Shown: positions 33,887-48,420 of the stretch, piece after piece
How the letters are laid out: each line of letters opens with the position of its first letter
How positions within the stretch are numbered: the first letter of the stretch is position 1
From: Leucoraja erinacea
Lineage: Eukaryota
Reading direction: 5' to 3'
Assembly (NCBI RefSeq): GCF_028641065.1
Contig: NC_073416.1
Span: 6,696,001 to 6,760,000 of the forward strand
DNA: 64,000 nucleotides
Notes under the pieces: generated by a model
What the model was told of the DNA's origin: nothing
The model's database searches: none
What the model saw: only the letters and a program-made list of their open reading frames with translations
Program-made: the position numbers and the translations under genes

Positions 33887-36800
33887 CAAATATTTTTTAC
33901 TTTTTGTCATTAGGCTTTGGTCCAGTTGGTTAGTGACCAGTAAACATGACAACCCTACAAGGGCTGGATCTTAGGTCAATTATACTTAGCCCTTGTTGGT
34001 AAGGTCCTAAAACTAATTAATTAATGGTAAAGCTTTTGAGTCCCTTGCCCCAGAGGTCAATAGCAGCACGTAGTGAGTGACTCCATGATATGAAAGGGCA
34101 GAATACTGAAAAGATGGCCAACTACATGTTTTTAAAGATCTTAGAGGAAGGTGTAGAGATATGATCTAGATGCACAAAGGTGTGATGGGGTGAAGGAAAG
34201 GAAGCTATAATTGAGTGGGGAAAATAACAAAGATAGGGCTAGGCTTCACTGTCCCTGCTTAGTTTACTATGCACCAATTCTTGTCATGTTACCATAAAAC
34301 TTCTACATTAAGCTCCTCAACTTTTTGACTTCCAATAACAGCTCATGTGGTCTCCATTCCAAATGTCCTTAAGATACATTGATTAAACCCCAGGTTTGGA
34401 ACTGAGGTTTCAGCATTATGGTTGTTTCATCAGTCACTGATGGAGTAAGAGCCCCCTATCCATCTACTTGATAGCATTGAAGATGGTTGCAAAATACACA
34501 ATGATTGCAGAATCTCAATCAAAAAAGTTTACACCAATCAATATTTAATATAAATATTGCATCTATGTTCATCACACTTGCTTCTCCAAGATCCAATTGA
34601 CTTGAAGTAGTGCTTAGAGCAATCAACATTTACTGACCCAATAAGGCAAAGCCACAGGCTCTTAAAGGGATACAACACTTTATGCACATTTACACTTTAG
34701 CAGCAATATTATACATGCTGAGCACAGACTAGTGCTGCAGTGTTTATAAAACACAGCTTAGCTGCCCTACTATGAGCAGCACTGTACGATTTGGCTGGCT
34801 TTTGTTTTAAATATCTCCATTAGCAAGAGATAGCAGGAACTTTGTATTACCTTGCCTGACACTGGTCATTGAACAGAACACTACATTATCCCCGAATAAT
34901 CTTTTAAACAAAGGATTTTTTTGTTCTATCCAAATGACAGCCCTGAAAGGGGCACTTGAAACACAAAATACTGATCCAGTTCAAACAAAGAAACGCTATT
35001 CAAACTTCTTAAAATAATTCAGATGTTTTGAATCAAATTTTAAATTCTCATTTTGCTGCTGTGATTTAAAGCAACTTATTCAATAAATATTTAAAATGTT
35101 TCTTTTGCATTATAGCAATGGCAGCTTTGATATGACACTTGCATTACTTCATTTTGGATGAAAGAGAAATAGTATTTCACTATGACAGCTTATTTGATAA
35201 TAATGTTCATGGTGACAAAGTACAGCAACCTCAAACTTTAGTGGACCTGCTTGGATTTTTAAAAACATCAACCAAAACCCTATAATATGGCTTTAGTGCA
35301 GAAATTAGTTCCATTTGAGAATGAGGAATATTAAAGTGACAAAAACAATTGCTTTGTGCTTTATTACCGACTCATCCCACCTCCTGTTGTAGTTCTGTGG
35401 CAATTGTAAAAAGCCGAGGATTTAAACGAGACAGTAAATTTCACAGACCGCTGTTTGGGACAGTTGGCACTTGGGATGGAATTGAAAGGTAGTCAGACTC
35501 TGCATTTTTAAACAGAGGGGGCAGCTTGTCCTCGGAACGTTGACAGGCAATCTTGCAAAGCCTCATAGTTGGTGGGGTAGCCTTTTAAGCTTTAAGGTCT
35601 GACAAACTAATCGTGGCAGTTATCTGTAACAAATCACAAGCACTGAAGCAGCTCAGGTTTGACATTTACTGGAAATTAAGCAGGGACTCACGAGTGTTAG
35701 GGAATATAAATTTAACAGGCTGAGACCCCATCAACACTTTTTAGCAGTTGACTTTAACATAAATGGCAGTCATTAGCTAAATGTGCAAATGTAGGACAGA
35801 GTGCCAGAAAAGATGTTGCACTCTGTCTCGCTGGTTCAAAAGCAATCCACCATCACCCACCAAATAGTTTCCAACCAAATTCTTTTAAATTGTTTGCCCA
35901 GGAAGACAGAACCTTGTGGAAAGTAATCAAATCCATGCCCATTGTTCTTCAGGCTCCATTCCTTTGTGGTAATTTGTCAATACTCTGAATTGTCTTCTTG
36001 CCCTGTGCACTACCACCGCCCCTTCCCCATCTCCACCACCCTGACATGGTTCATCTCCTTCACAGTAAATAATTCCGGACAGTAATGCTGTTGGCAAAAG
36101 TGGCAGACATATTGCGCATAGCAAGCTCCCATAATCAGCAGAGAGGTAAGGGCCTGATGATCTGCTCCTTAATGTTGGTTGCAGGAGTATTCTTGATCAG
36201 GAGACCAGGGAGATCACCCCTGCTCTTCTGAAGAGAGCTGTGAAATCTTTTGCATCCGACCTCTTTCATAACTCACAAAAAAAATGACACTTGTAAAAGT
36301 GGGGTGCTACATTGGCATCGCTCCTCTGCCAGCCTGACACTCTTGGCATTGCCCCTCTGGCAACACAGCTCCCTCAGCATTACACTGTACTGGAAGAGCC
36401 AGTCTAGAACTTGTGCTCATGCCTCTCTAGCAGGACTTGAATGCACAATCTCAGACTCAAAGAGGAGAAGATCTGAGCCATGGTTGAAGAATCCCTGTAT
36501 TGTTCACAGAATAGGAGCAGAGTCCATAGGGGGGTGTTAAGTCATTCCCCAGTTCTTGCTTTGCGCCTCATTTAATCCAAACCCACTTGTACCATTTTCA
36601 CACAACACAAACCAGACTCAGGGCAGAGAAAGTCCACTTTGCAATATTGATTCAAAGGGTGAGAGCCTTTATTGAAAATAAATGTTTTGCGATGTTTGTC
36701 AGCCGCTAATCTCAATGTTGCAATTTGCGTCAAGACTACAATTTTGCGACACAACAGATGCATTGCGATGGAAATGGTGCAGAGATGTTTGTGCGCTTTC

Positions 36801-39800
36801 ATGCCCGATTATGGTTTGGGAACAAAATGCAACCCATTTACAGTTGGCTGGGGCAGGGAAGAGATACGAGGATTACAACCAACACAGAATAATATGGCAG
36901 AACAAATCAGCAAGAAGCAACTTAGACTTAAACCAGTTTACATTTGATCACATAAACATCTCAGTCCTTGGTCACTTTAGAAATAATTTTTTGAGTATGC
37001 CCAGCATTAATATTGCAGGTTTGTTGTCAGTTTATATTCTCCAACAGTACAATAGTTTGCAGTCATTCACATAGTGACAGTAGGCATCAAAACATATACT
37101 TTGAAGCAACTCAGTTCAGCAACTTGTTAAAAGAGGCAAATTCTAGTGAGAGATTCAACTCCATAGACAGTTCATACCCTCGCCTCTTGGTCCTGCAGGT
37201 TATCATTAAATTTACTATAAAATACGATGTAAAATTTGCACGTGCACTTTCTTATAAGCAACTAGTACAATGCAGAAGGTTGTTGCATTAAAACTGTCAG
37301 TAACTTGTCCACTTGCTTTGCAGCAGCTTCGAATGCAGAGCTTCTTGGATATAGGGCAGTAATCCAAACATGGTGCAATGTGTCGAGCTACATACGGAAC
37401 CATTTTGTGTTTACTGTCCTAGATGCAGTGTTTGCTTTATAAAATCCCAGTAGTGGCAGGATTGCTGTGTTCCAAGTGGTGACATTTGCATGACACCCCA
37501 TTAAATAAAAATCTAAAACTTACTACCCCCCCCCCTGCTCCCACATCCGCTCCCCTCCTGCACCCTCACCACCAGTTAAAACTGGCACAGTTGGCCTCCA
37601 ACACTAATTGAAAGCACTTCAGAATCAGCTATTCCTTCGTGTTCAGTCGCAGCGCACGGCAATTTTTTTTTTCAAAAAAGCAACTTTTACCTCAGTCTGC
37701 TTCAAGATGTTTTTTGTCCCAATTACTTTCAAAGCTGTTTGTAATGTTGATTTCCCCCTTAAGATGGCAGCAGTGAGAAGCATTATATTATATGTACAGT
37801 ACCTACAGATACATTTGCACCAAACTGGTCACAAGGCCACTAACAAAGTGCAACAGTGACAACTATCAATAAAAAATCTTATTCAAATTCCTTCCCCTCT
37901 CCCACACAGCCCCAAAAACTTATACCATAAGATGAAAAGAGTATAACATAAGTATATTAGTTTTATTAATGTCCTTCCAAGAAGGAAATCTCCACTCTTT
38001 TTACCTTGTCTGGCTTCTGTGCGTAGCAATACAGTTTGACTCTTAACTGACATTTGAAATGGCAAGCCATTCAGTTTTAGCAGCATTTAAAGATGTTCAT
38101 TAAATGCTGGCCTTGCATTTTTTATTCATCCCGTGAATAAAAAGCCTTCATGAATCACTGTTTAAGACTGTTCTTGGATCTTTGTGAATTCGCAGTACAG
38201 ATTATTTTCCCCTTTGAGCACCAGATATTTGTATCAAACACATCCAAGCTTAGGAGGGTTAAATGCAGGATCAAAATTCCTCGGACAGTATCTTCACAGG
38301 ACTTTAATTTCAGCCACAGAGCAACTGGTGGCTAATGTGACATACTCCATTTTCACACTGGCTGTCCCAATAGCCTCATTTGAAAGCTCTGCCCAAGTTT
38401 TCTTTTGGCCAGTCGGGTTTATTTTTTAATCCATCCAGGCAACAAAGGATCTACTCTTCTTTTGACTGAACGGACGATCTGAGCCAGGTTTCGCTGAAAT
38501 CGTTTTACACTCTTCCCTTCTCAAACATGGCATCTGTTCAGCTTCAATCATAATCACATAAATCACACTGTTTTCCTACAAATTCATCCAGAGTTGGATA
38601 TGCACACTGCTTAAAACATAGCTTCTCATACGCTCAGCTTTTTCAAATGATTCCTTATAAATAAACCAATCAATGCTGATAACCAGTATGCAGTGATTTA
38701 ACAAAGAATTTTACACATTTTTATACATAATTCACAAGACTCAAATATATTTAAATAAATTCTCCCCACATATTCATCCAGTTTTACCAAAGTGCTTTTC
38801 ATAAAAAGTTTATTGAATCACTTGTGGGTTGAACGCCACACAAGTGGTTGTCAGCCTTAGTCATTTCAACAAATTGTTCAATTTCAATTGTAGATTTGTT
38901 TCAAGGCAGATGCCAGAATTGGGAGAAGCCGAGTGAAAGAGTCAGGAATTGTAAAAGAAAAGATTAGCAGCAAGTCAGGTGACAAGCCCAGCCGGCTATG
39001 CAATTCTGGAAAATTCAGATTCAGCACGAAGGTGTACAGAAAGCCTCTTTTGGAGGGCAGCTTCACACGATACATATGAACCCTTCTGAAATTGAGCAAT
39101 TTTAATCAAAGTAACATTGCACGCAGCCCTTGAAATGGGTGGAGAGGTGGCGAGATGCACCCGCTTGTAGTCCCATGATGAAAGTGATGCATGCCAAGCC
39201 TCCTCCAGCAGCCAGACAACGACTGCTGCACATCTGAAAATGTGCAGAGCTCAGAGATCATCTCACTCTCTGTATAGGTCCAACTCGATGTGAGCTGACT
39301 GGCAGCTTCAGAGCCAGTGGGAGAGGCCAATGGCATGTGGAACTGTGCAGTGGCAGAGCTCTAACTGTGATGCTGTGTAACGGCAGTGATCAGGCACAGG
39401 AAAAAATGCTGGCTATGTCAGACTCAGAGCAGACAGGGCAGAGGTCAGGGAGGAGGGGAAGTAGATTTTTTTCTTAAATGAAACCAGATCTATTCAAAAA
39501 GATATGAAGAGCAGAACTTGAAGCAACATACCTCACCTATGATATGTATATATTCTTTTAAATCACTTGCTGGAAAAAATTAACTTGGAATCTCTGCTAT
39601 CAGGCCATTGGCCAGTGGATCATTCAGAGATAACTATGAAGGACACTGACTGACAACCACATACCGACAGAGATAGAAACTTCAGCACTTGCAGTGGACA
39701 GATCGAATGACTGCATTAAAATCAAAACAAAAAAAATCAATGTCGCATTAACTTTTTTAAAAGGTACCTTTCGGATTCAATGCATAATCTCTGGTCATTT

Positions 39801-41429
39801 CAGATCACTGTTTTGCTCCTTGCTGTGTGCTTTGTTCAAATGACCTCTCACTAAATCAAACTGTTACACATTGACTGCAGGTTAAGATGCAAGATCCAAA
39901 TTGCAGTTTATAGGCTTCAGAGCCAGACTGGATTTAAAAATTGAGAGTTGTTCCTGTAAACAGGATAGATCAACGAGAAAGACTTCCAAGAGACAGGGCT
40001 TCTTCAACACCAACAATAGTTTACGGATTGGTGGTTCTTCTGAAACAAAGGTAGCATTTGAAGATAAATGTTGATTGAGCACCTACAGCTGATGCCAGAT
40101 TGGGGTCAGGTGTATAAGTACAGTCCTCAGCAAATTGTCCTCGATTAGGGCCAGGTATATAAAGACTTTCCTTATTCCAATTCACATCTGCCTGGATTTG
40201 GATGCACTGAAGCACGTGCAAGGGGACCCCAACACGCACTAACACCCCCCCCCCCCACCCCTCGGTGGAAATAAGAGCGGCCCCTCGCAAAGGAACTAAT
40301 CCCTTCTCACCTCATTCCAATTTTACATCAGCATTCTGACACAGCTACAAAATCTTACTCCTAATGAAGGGTAGACATTCAAAGCAACACAAGGGTGAAT
40401 AAATGATCACTTCAGCTGTAATGTGAATGAGACCTAACAGTGCAGTGCATTCTGTCTACAAGTTACTCTGCAATAGCAACGTTGTCCACTACCTCGGTAC
40501 AGGTGACAATAATAAACCATTTAATTTGCCAGGACTGTCCTCTCCTCCACTGAAGGACAAGACAAGTAGGTACAGACAAACACCATTGCCTGCAGGTTCC
40601 CTTCCAAGTTGCACTCCATCCTTACTTGGAAATATAATCATGGTTATTTCAAAGTTCCTGGGTCTAAATGCTGGAACTCCTTCCACAGCAGCACTGTGGG
40701 AGCATCTTCATCAGGGGAATTGCAGCAGTTCAAAACGGCAGCTCACCCCACCTTCTCAAGGGCAATTGGGAATGGGTAACACTTGGCAGAGTAAGAAAAT
40801 ATAAAATGGGTTTATGAGCGGTAATTGAAAATATGAAGCAAAGCACTTACTACAGAAGAAGCCAACTCAGCCAGCGTAACTATGCATGAAGTCAAGAGAT
40901 CTGGAGGTATCTGTGCAAACCAAACTGTCAGCCTCTGGTCATCATGGACCTTGAACACTGGGCCTTGTTTTGGTCAGATCAGAAACATGCAAAATTATTG
41001 GAGCGCTTTCGAGAATGGCTGCAAGAACCAAGAACATACATGTAGGTTTAAGAGCAAGAGGTGAAAAGGCATTCAGCTGTTTCATTGTCAGCAACAAGAT
41101 GATCTTCCAAAAACTCCAAAGCATCAAACCCACAGCATCTCAAACCTCTTCTCCCTGTGCCCTTTTGACTTGTTGAACTATAGATGAGAAGCTCAGCCAC
41201 AATTCTGCTCTCAGTAGAATGGGAAAGGGATTACATTAAGTATTATTTTGTATCACTGGATACTCACCTCACCTTAACGAAGAGTATTGTTTTTCGAAGG
41301 GATTGGCAATGGTGAAACAATTCAGATACACAAACTAAAGAATGGTGTACAGAACAGATACTGTGCAGGATAAGAATGCTACAGCTATTAAGAAGCTCTA
41401 AATGTCATCAATGTGCATAACCCAGTTCC

Positions 41430-42110
41430 TGTGACAAATGGTGTGCCTCAGGGTTCAGTGCTGGGCCTATTGTTTGTCATCTATATCAATAATTTTGGAT
41501 GAGAACATAGAAGGCATGATTAGCAAGTTTGCAGATGACACTAAAGTGGGTGGTATTGAAAACAGTGAAGATGGTTGCCAAAAATTACTGCAGGATCTTG
41601 ATCAGTTGGCCAGGTGGGTTGCGGAATGGTTGATGGAATTCAATGCAGAGATGTGCGAGGTGTTGCATTTTGGGAAGTCTAACGAGGCCGGATATCCACC
41701 GTGAATGGCAGGGCTCTGGGGAGTGTTGTAGAGCAGAGGGATCAAGGAGTGCAGGTACATAGTTCCTTGAAAGTGGCGTCACAGGTAGATAGGGTGGTCA
41801 AGAGGTTTTTGGCACATTGGCCTTCATCAATTCGAGTATTGAGTATAGAGGTTGGGAGGACATGTTACAGTTGTACAAGACATTGGTGAGGCCACATTTA
41901 GAGTATTGTGTTCAGTTTTGGTCACCCTGTTATAGAAAATAAGTTAAAGTTGGAAAGGGCGGAGAAGATTTACGAGGATGTTGTCAGGACCCGAGGGCCT
42001 GAGCTAAGAGGTTGTGTAGACTAGGATTTTATTCCTTGGAGCACAGGACGTCGAGGGGTCATCTTATAGAGGTGTATAAAATCATGAGTGGAATAGATAT
42101 GGTAAATGTA
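41430..42110 (+). mobile_element. Degraded CR1 RT fragment
   Basis: GVPQGSVLGP-like stretch, ISKFADDTKVGG, FNAEMCEVLHFG. Confidence 0.85.
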
Positions 42111-43339
42111 CTTTCAACCAAAAATCAAGAACCAGGTGTAGGAAGTTGGGCCAAAGGGCCTGTTCCCATGCTGTATGACTCCATAACAAAGTTTCAACAG
42201 GCAAATATATTTCCTTCAACTAGACAAAACAGAAATGGCAAGAAAATAAATTAATTGTAATATGATTATTCGAAACACCGTCTCACCCAGAGAACAAACA
42301 GTTTTGAAGTACTTTGTAGATTCTAACTTGGGCATTTCGTAAATAAGCAGATTTGAGAGTGGGAAGCGAGCGCGTAAGTGTGCATATTTCCAGGTTCTCT
42401 GAATAAAACCCAATTCAAAAGGTGGCACTTTCTACATTGAAAAAAAGTGTTCACAGACAGAATTAAGGTACCCTTCATCCAATACACAAAATTGTCCAAA
42501 CACATTACAGTACTAAAATGAATTTCATATCAGTTGCACCCCACCCAAAAAAAAATGGCAAAAATATTCTTGTGGAGTCAACGCCTCTTAATCATCATGC
42601 AATGGGGGAACAAATAGTGATTAGGAAGAGAGGCAAGATTTAAGGTAACAGGTGTAAGACAAGGTAATTTCTGTACAGCCTTGGGTGAATGGTGGTGCAG
42701 CCAAGGTACAGGTGACTGGATTTAAGATCCATTAAGCAAACAGTTCACTGTTGAGGGCTCGGTAGTGCAGTATATTTCATGCGGCCTCTTTGTGCCTCAG
42801 AAGGTTTCCATCCAAGATTACTAGGTATTCCCTTTGGAGGCAATTAACCAATAAAGTTACTCAGATCTGCCCAGGAGCCAAGAGCAATGGCAGCTCAGTC
42901 AGAGGAATACCAGACTTTACAGATGCTGGAGATGGCTTGAAATGCATTGCAAAATGAAGCATTCCCTCTGCCGATGTCAACCACTGCTCGACTGTGCATG
43001 TGTGAGAAAGGGCATACAGCCTTGTGGGGAAAAAGAATACATGTCCTTTTTTATAGATAAAAGAGAATATGTCAGTTGATTCAACCACAAGATCTCAATA
43101 ACCAGGCTACAATTGTCTCCTACCTCCAGCCTTTCGGGTAGCAAGAAAGGGGAAAGTTTCTGTTTAAATCCAGATTGAATGAACCTTCCACCTTTAAAAA
43201 AGCCCCAACTTCAATCTTCTGCTACTTTTTAAAAAAAAGTTTTGTGTTGTACTTAAAAAACATCCTAAATAAATAGACATTTAAATCAGCAAAAAGCTAC
43301 AAGCAATTGTGCAAACTAGCTACAGAATACAGAAATGGA

Positions 43340-44317
43340 TTACAGAGTTACTGGGTTTGCTGCTGGGACATCCTCTGGGGTCTTCAGACCTTCAGACTGG
43401 CAAAACATCTTCTGCACAGCCGGCTCAGCTGCACAAAGGTCACCCTCAGAAGCCCTGAGGCAGCCACCTTGAAGGTTTGAATTGAATTGGGGCTCCTGCT
43501 TAGGATTTTCAGTGTGCACAGTGGTACCATAATTGACTAATGCAGCACTGTCATCCACCAAAGGAAATTGGATGTTCTGATATTTAGAGGTCCCTGTGTT
43601 TTGAGAAAAGTGCTCAGTGACAGGCACATATGATACCAATGAACCACTGGTAGCAGCAACCAAATTTTCTACAGTGGTTTTCTTTGGGTAATCAGATTCT
43701 AAAGCCGCTTCTACATAATCACCCTCCCTATCGCTGCAGTTCACACCTACAGCACAGCTCGGGTTTATTTGATAATACAACACCGTGGAATTTCTTAAAT
43801 ATGTCTGTTCCTCAGGCGTCGGGTTATCCTGAACAGCACTGTCAGCAAAACACAACACAGGAGAAACAGGAGTCACTTCTGCTTCGATCACAACTGGCAT
43901 CGCTAGGCCTTGGCACGCTTCACTGGCGCTAGCTGCTGTATCTCCTAATATACAAACTTCTAGGCTTTCTACACTGGTATCCATGGTTACACTAGAGCTG
44001 GTTAAATCAGCCTCTTCCTCCTTTTTCCTGTCCATCTCCTCAGCAGACTGCAAGTGCATGACTGCAGTCTCGTTCTCCAAGTCGTAATTTTCCGCAGCAA
44101 AATCCTGGTAGTCCTGCGTTTCCGTGTGGCTGCCGCTGGAGGCGTGGGTGATGGCCAGCGACAGCTGTTGCAGGTCCTGCTGCTTGTTCTCCAGTTCTAG
44201 CTTCATGATGGTGTGCAGGTAGTGAGTCCGGACGCGGATGGGGTTAAATTCAATCCGGCCAGCCACGTTGGCGCAGCCATCTTTAGAGCAGCCACATGGA
44301 AAGGACATCCTGTCCAC
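43340..44317 (-). CDS. CSRNP2: Cysteine/serine-rich nuclear protein 2, last coding exon
   Basis: cttaag|[43 protein letters not shown]... to TAA. Model: complement(join(43340-44317,48124-48420,55470-55729,59022-59181)) = 1695 nt, 564 aa. Confidence 0.93.
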   Translation of the reverse strand: MDRMSFPCGCSKDGCANVAGRIEFNPIRVRTHYLHTIMKLELENKQQDLQQLSLAITHASSGSHTETQDYQDFAAENYDLENETAVMHLQSAEEMDRKKEEEADLTSSSVTMDTSVESLEVCILGDTAASASEACQGLAMPVVIEAEVTPVSPVLCFADSAVQDNPTPEEQTYLRNSTVLYYQINPSCAVGVNCSDREGDYVEAALESDYPKKTTVENLVAATSGSLVSYVPVTEHFSQNTGTSKYQNIQFPLVDDSAALVNYGTTVHTENPKQEPQFNSNLQGGCLRASEGDLCAAEPAVQKMFCQSEGLKTPEDVPAANPVTL

Positions 44318-45067
44318 CTTAAGGACAAGAGACTGGTGTTAATACAGTTCAGAGGAACAACTGCTAGTCGTTAAAGACTGTAGTGTCACACCACAAACGT
44401 AGCCCTTCTCAGTGTGGGAGGGCCAGCCCACAGTCCTTCGCATCGAGTCAGCCAGGACTCTGTGAGCAGCACCCTTGTCCCCCGAGGATGAAGGTTGTGG
44501 GCTCGTGTCTCACTTGAGAGGCTCGAGCAAGAAATCCAGGCTGAAATATCCAATACAGTGTTGGGGGGAGTGCCACACTGTCAGAGGAGCCATCCTTCAG
44601 ATGTTCAGCCAACGGCCTGTCAGTCCTGGAGTGGGAATAAAAGATCCCACGACATTATTCAAAAAGGACATGGTGTCCTTGGATGCAGCATCACTCAAGC
44701 ACATTACCTGGCCCTTACTGCCTTCCTCTTTGAGAGATCACTTGGTGCCATTTGCCTGCCATTTTTTACTGCAACTGTGACATTTCAAAAAAAAGCTTCA
44801 TCAGTTGTTAAGTGGTTGTGGATGCCCTGAAAGAGGCTGTGAAAATGCAGGCCCTACTATCTCCATGAAATTTGGAGAGCCTACATTTGCTGAATTACAT
44901 CGAAACATTACCAACATGTCAGCTCAGACATTGTAGTTAAAACTGGAGATAAAATGGCCTGCTCCTGCACCTATTGTCTATTGTTGCTGCCGGCAACAAC
45001 AGCTACCACCAGACTGCATTGGAAGCAAGTTTTGTCTGATAGAAGTTGGGACCACAACTAACTCAAG

Positions 45068-45196
45068 GAAGAAGGGTCTCGACCCGAAACGTCACCCATT
45101 CCTTCTCTCCAGAGATACTGCCTGTCCCACTGAGTTACTCCAGCATTTTTTGTCTATCTTCGGTTTAAACCAGCATCTGCAGTTCCTTCCTACACA
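45068..45196 (+). mobile_element. Short Penelope-derived element with 9-bp TSD
   Basis: GAAGAAGGGTCTCGACCCGAAACGTCACCCATTCC...; TAACTCAAG at 45059-45067 and 45197-45205; very similar to 1841-1969. Confidence 0.75.
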
Positions 45197-47359
45197 TAAC
45201 TCAAGCAATAGTCTCCACATATGTCCCCATATTTGTCTCATCTATTTACACGGATAATATAACTGATTCTAACATTTAATCAGCTAACAACATAACATGA
45301 ATTCAATTAAGAAACCCAATCTCTAATCCCCCAACATCTCATTTATCTGCCTTCTGCAGAGCAAAAGTGGCCTTAAAAAACTGAATGGATCTGAAAACTG
45401 GCTGCAAAAGGCAAGAAGAGAGCAGCTGACCAGAGTCACGATGGGCTGAATGGCCACCTTCTGCACCTTATAACTCGCAACAGCATTTGGAGCTAACCCA
45501 AGTTAGCAATTAAAATTCATCATCAGCTGTAGTCTTCTACCAGCCGGGCTGTCACCTGTAGTTAAGGCACGTCTTGATGGCAGCAAATTGCATTATAACA
45601 TATCCCAAGTGGCATCAAAGGAGTATTAGCAAAATTTGACAGTGAGCTGAAAGGAAAATATTAGGAGTACCAAAACCTTGGTTGAAGAGAGATTTTAAAG
45701 AATATCTTCGAGAAGGGGCAGAAGGACTTCTATGGCTCAGGCCTCCAATGGCAGAGCCACAGGAATTGGGGATGAATAACAGGTCAGATATGGAGGAGCA
45801 CAGAGATTTGAAACTTGAAAGGTTGGGGAAGATCACAAAGAAAGGGACAGGCAAAAAAAACATGGTGGGATCTGATAATAAGAGGGATCTGAGAATTTTT
45901 TTATCAAAAATTAAAAACCGGGCATGCTGGAAATTGGAAATAAAAACATAATGCTAGAAACACCCAGTAGGTCAGGCAGCATCTGTGGAGAGGGAAACAG
46001 CATTACAATTTCAGGTTGAAGACCCTTCAGAATAACATATGATAGCTGGTTATGGCTTTTTAAACAGATGTACTAAGAGACACAAGCAGCATTCTCTGTG
46101 GGTTCTCTTTTCTGGAGAAATGTAGGTTAGGAGGTGACCTAGAGATTTTTTTTAAAACATCGGTAGGTTTACAGTGGATAGAAAGAGAATATTTCCACTT
46201 GTGGAAACTACAATGAGAATGTGAAACATGCTCCCACACAGAGCACTAACATTCGTAATTCTACCTCATTAGGTAATTCCATTACTGCATTTCATTTCTG
46301 TTTCATGCTACTTCAGATTGTATTAAAATTTTCGCACCATTCTGCCATGTTGCTTTTGTCATTGTATCTATTGTTGTAGATATCATTATCACATACTGTA
46401 TATGCAAGAGTTTGAGATTTAAGCGAAGGTGCATTGCACCCTGGTGTATACGACAACCAATCTGAATCGAAGTGTTTGAAGTGAATTTAAAGGGACACGC
46501 ATATGAGGCAGCAGGAAATAAGAGGATCACACTGATCGATTTGAATGGCGAATGACCTCAGGCAGCATGCCAAAGATTTGAAAATTGTGTCAAGTTTCTC
46601 CTCATCTGTGTTAGCTTTATACTCTGACCCCTGGTTTAACCCTCTCCATCAAGCAGAATATGTATTTTAAATTCCAATGAGTTTACCCCAATCTTTCTCC
46701 TCGTGGGCAATCCTTCGTCTAAGGAACCGATCCAGTGAATTAATGCTGCGCTGACTCCAAAGCAGGCATGTCCTTCCTTCAGCTCGAGACTGCAGACATT
46801 AGTCCAATGTGATCCCACCAAAGCCCTGGTCAACCTCAGCAAATACCCTTGCACTTCTCTATCCATCCCCTCTTGCAATAAAGGTGAACGTACCATTTGC
46901 CTCCTAATTGTTCTCCACACCTACATGTTTATGTGCGTCATCTTGTGAACCAGCCGAGGTCAGGACCCAGCGTGGTGGGACAGCCTACTGATGTTCACTT
47001 GTTCTGAGTTCATGGAGGATCGACGAGCCAATGACCTGGATAGTAAACCCTCATCCACACTAGGGTCAGGGAGGGCCAAATTGGCAAATTTCAAGACCAG
47101 TGAGCTGCCAGGTTTTCATTGGCTGTAGTGACGTCTGCCCTGCCAGGATCTCTTGAAGAGGAGAGAATTCATAGTTACACCCACTTTAAAGGAGTCTAGA
47201 ATGAGTAATGTCACGATTCTCTCTGACCAGAGTCTCGAACAAGTAATGGAACAGTTTTGAAGGCCTTGTCTTGGTCTGATTTTATGGACTTAATTACAGA
47301 GAAACCCAGTAATTTCATGTCAGAAACATAATGCAAGGAAAGACACAGACATTTGATCA

Positions 47360-47830
47360 ATCCTTGGCCTCCTCCACTACCAGAGTGAGGCTACATGCAA
47401 ACTGCAAGACCAACGTCTCATATTCCACCTTGGTAAGCGATACCACCCCCCCTCCACCCATCAAAATACTTTCTTTCCATTTCCCTGCCCACATCATCCA
47501 GTTCATTACCTTTCCTCCACCTGCTGATCTCCCAGTCCTCCCTGCTCCTTTCCACCCAACTCATCCGCACCCGTCATTCTACTCTTCACACCTCACCCTC
47601 CTTATCAGATTCCACCATTTGGACCATTTTGTCTTCTCCACTTGTCGCCTCCAGCCATGGTAACCATCTCCACCCAACTCATTGGTCAATCAACCTTTCC
47701 TCATCTGGATTCACCTTCCACCTCACTCCTTGCCCTTGCCTCTCACGACCAGCTTTCTCCCCCTCCCTACTCCATCAGTCTGAAGATGGGTCCTGACCTG
47801 AAATGTCCTCTGCCCATTCCCTCCACCAAA
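47360..47830 (+). mobile_element. Penelope-like element 3' fragment
   Basis: Decayed LGLLHYQSEATCKL..QRLIFHLG (GIY-YIG C-terminal region), pyrimidine-rich UTR, then CTGAAGA..GAAA motif. Confidence 0.6.
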
Positions 47831-48123
47831 TCCCTCCAGCTCTCCATCCCTCAGTTGTTATGCTTGGGATTTTTATCCTGCTGGTGTTGAGATGAACATG
47901 GACATTCAATAGCTTGCATCTACCAACTCCATCCCACCTTCCCAGTTGGGTTCTATTTTAAATCTGCACTGTATTACTAAGAATTTATAATCCGCTCCCA
48001 CAGCATCAGGCATGTTAAAAAACAAAATAAATCACACAAAATGTTTGCACAAAAAATAAAGCCATTTTGCTCTCCTGGAGTTGTACAAAAGTCATTCCTA
48101 TTGGCCAGAAACGTAGACCTTAC

Positions 48124-48420
48124 CTGGCACTTGATTCCCGCTTTGCTACAGGGGCACACCTCGGGATCACAGTAAAACCTACAGTCACACCCGCATTCCT
48201 CCCTGGATGAGCGAATGGCCCGTAGCTCGTGCTTTTCCTCCGTATCAATCCTGTTGACGCCCGATGCACGTAACAATGCTCTTCGCCTTTTTGTGGGTAG
48301 TGGTTGTAAAAAGAAATAGTCATCTACCTCAATACTGTCCACATCAATGTCATCATCGGAAACGTCATCAATGGTGAGTACATTGGCCTCCTCCGACTCA
48401 ACCATACCGTTCTTGGTCAA
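48124..48420 (-). CDS. CSRNP2: CSRNP2 coding exon 3
   Basis: [12 protein letters not shown]...[22 protein letters not shown]...[25 protein letters not shown]; 297 nt, phase 0-0. Confidence 0.95.
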
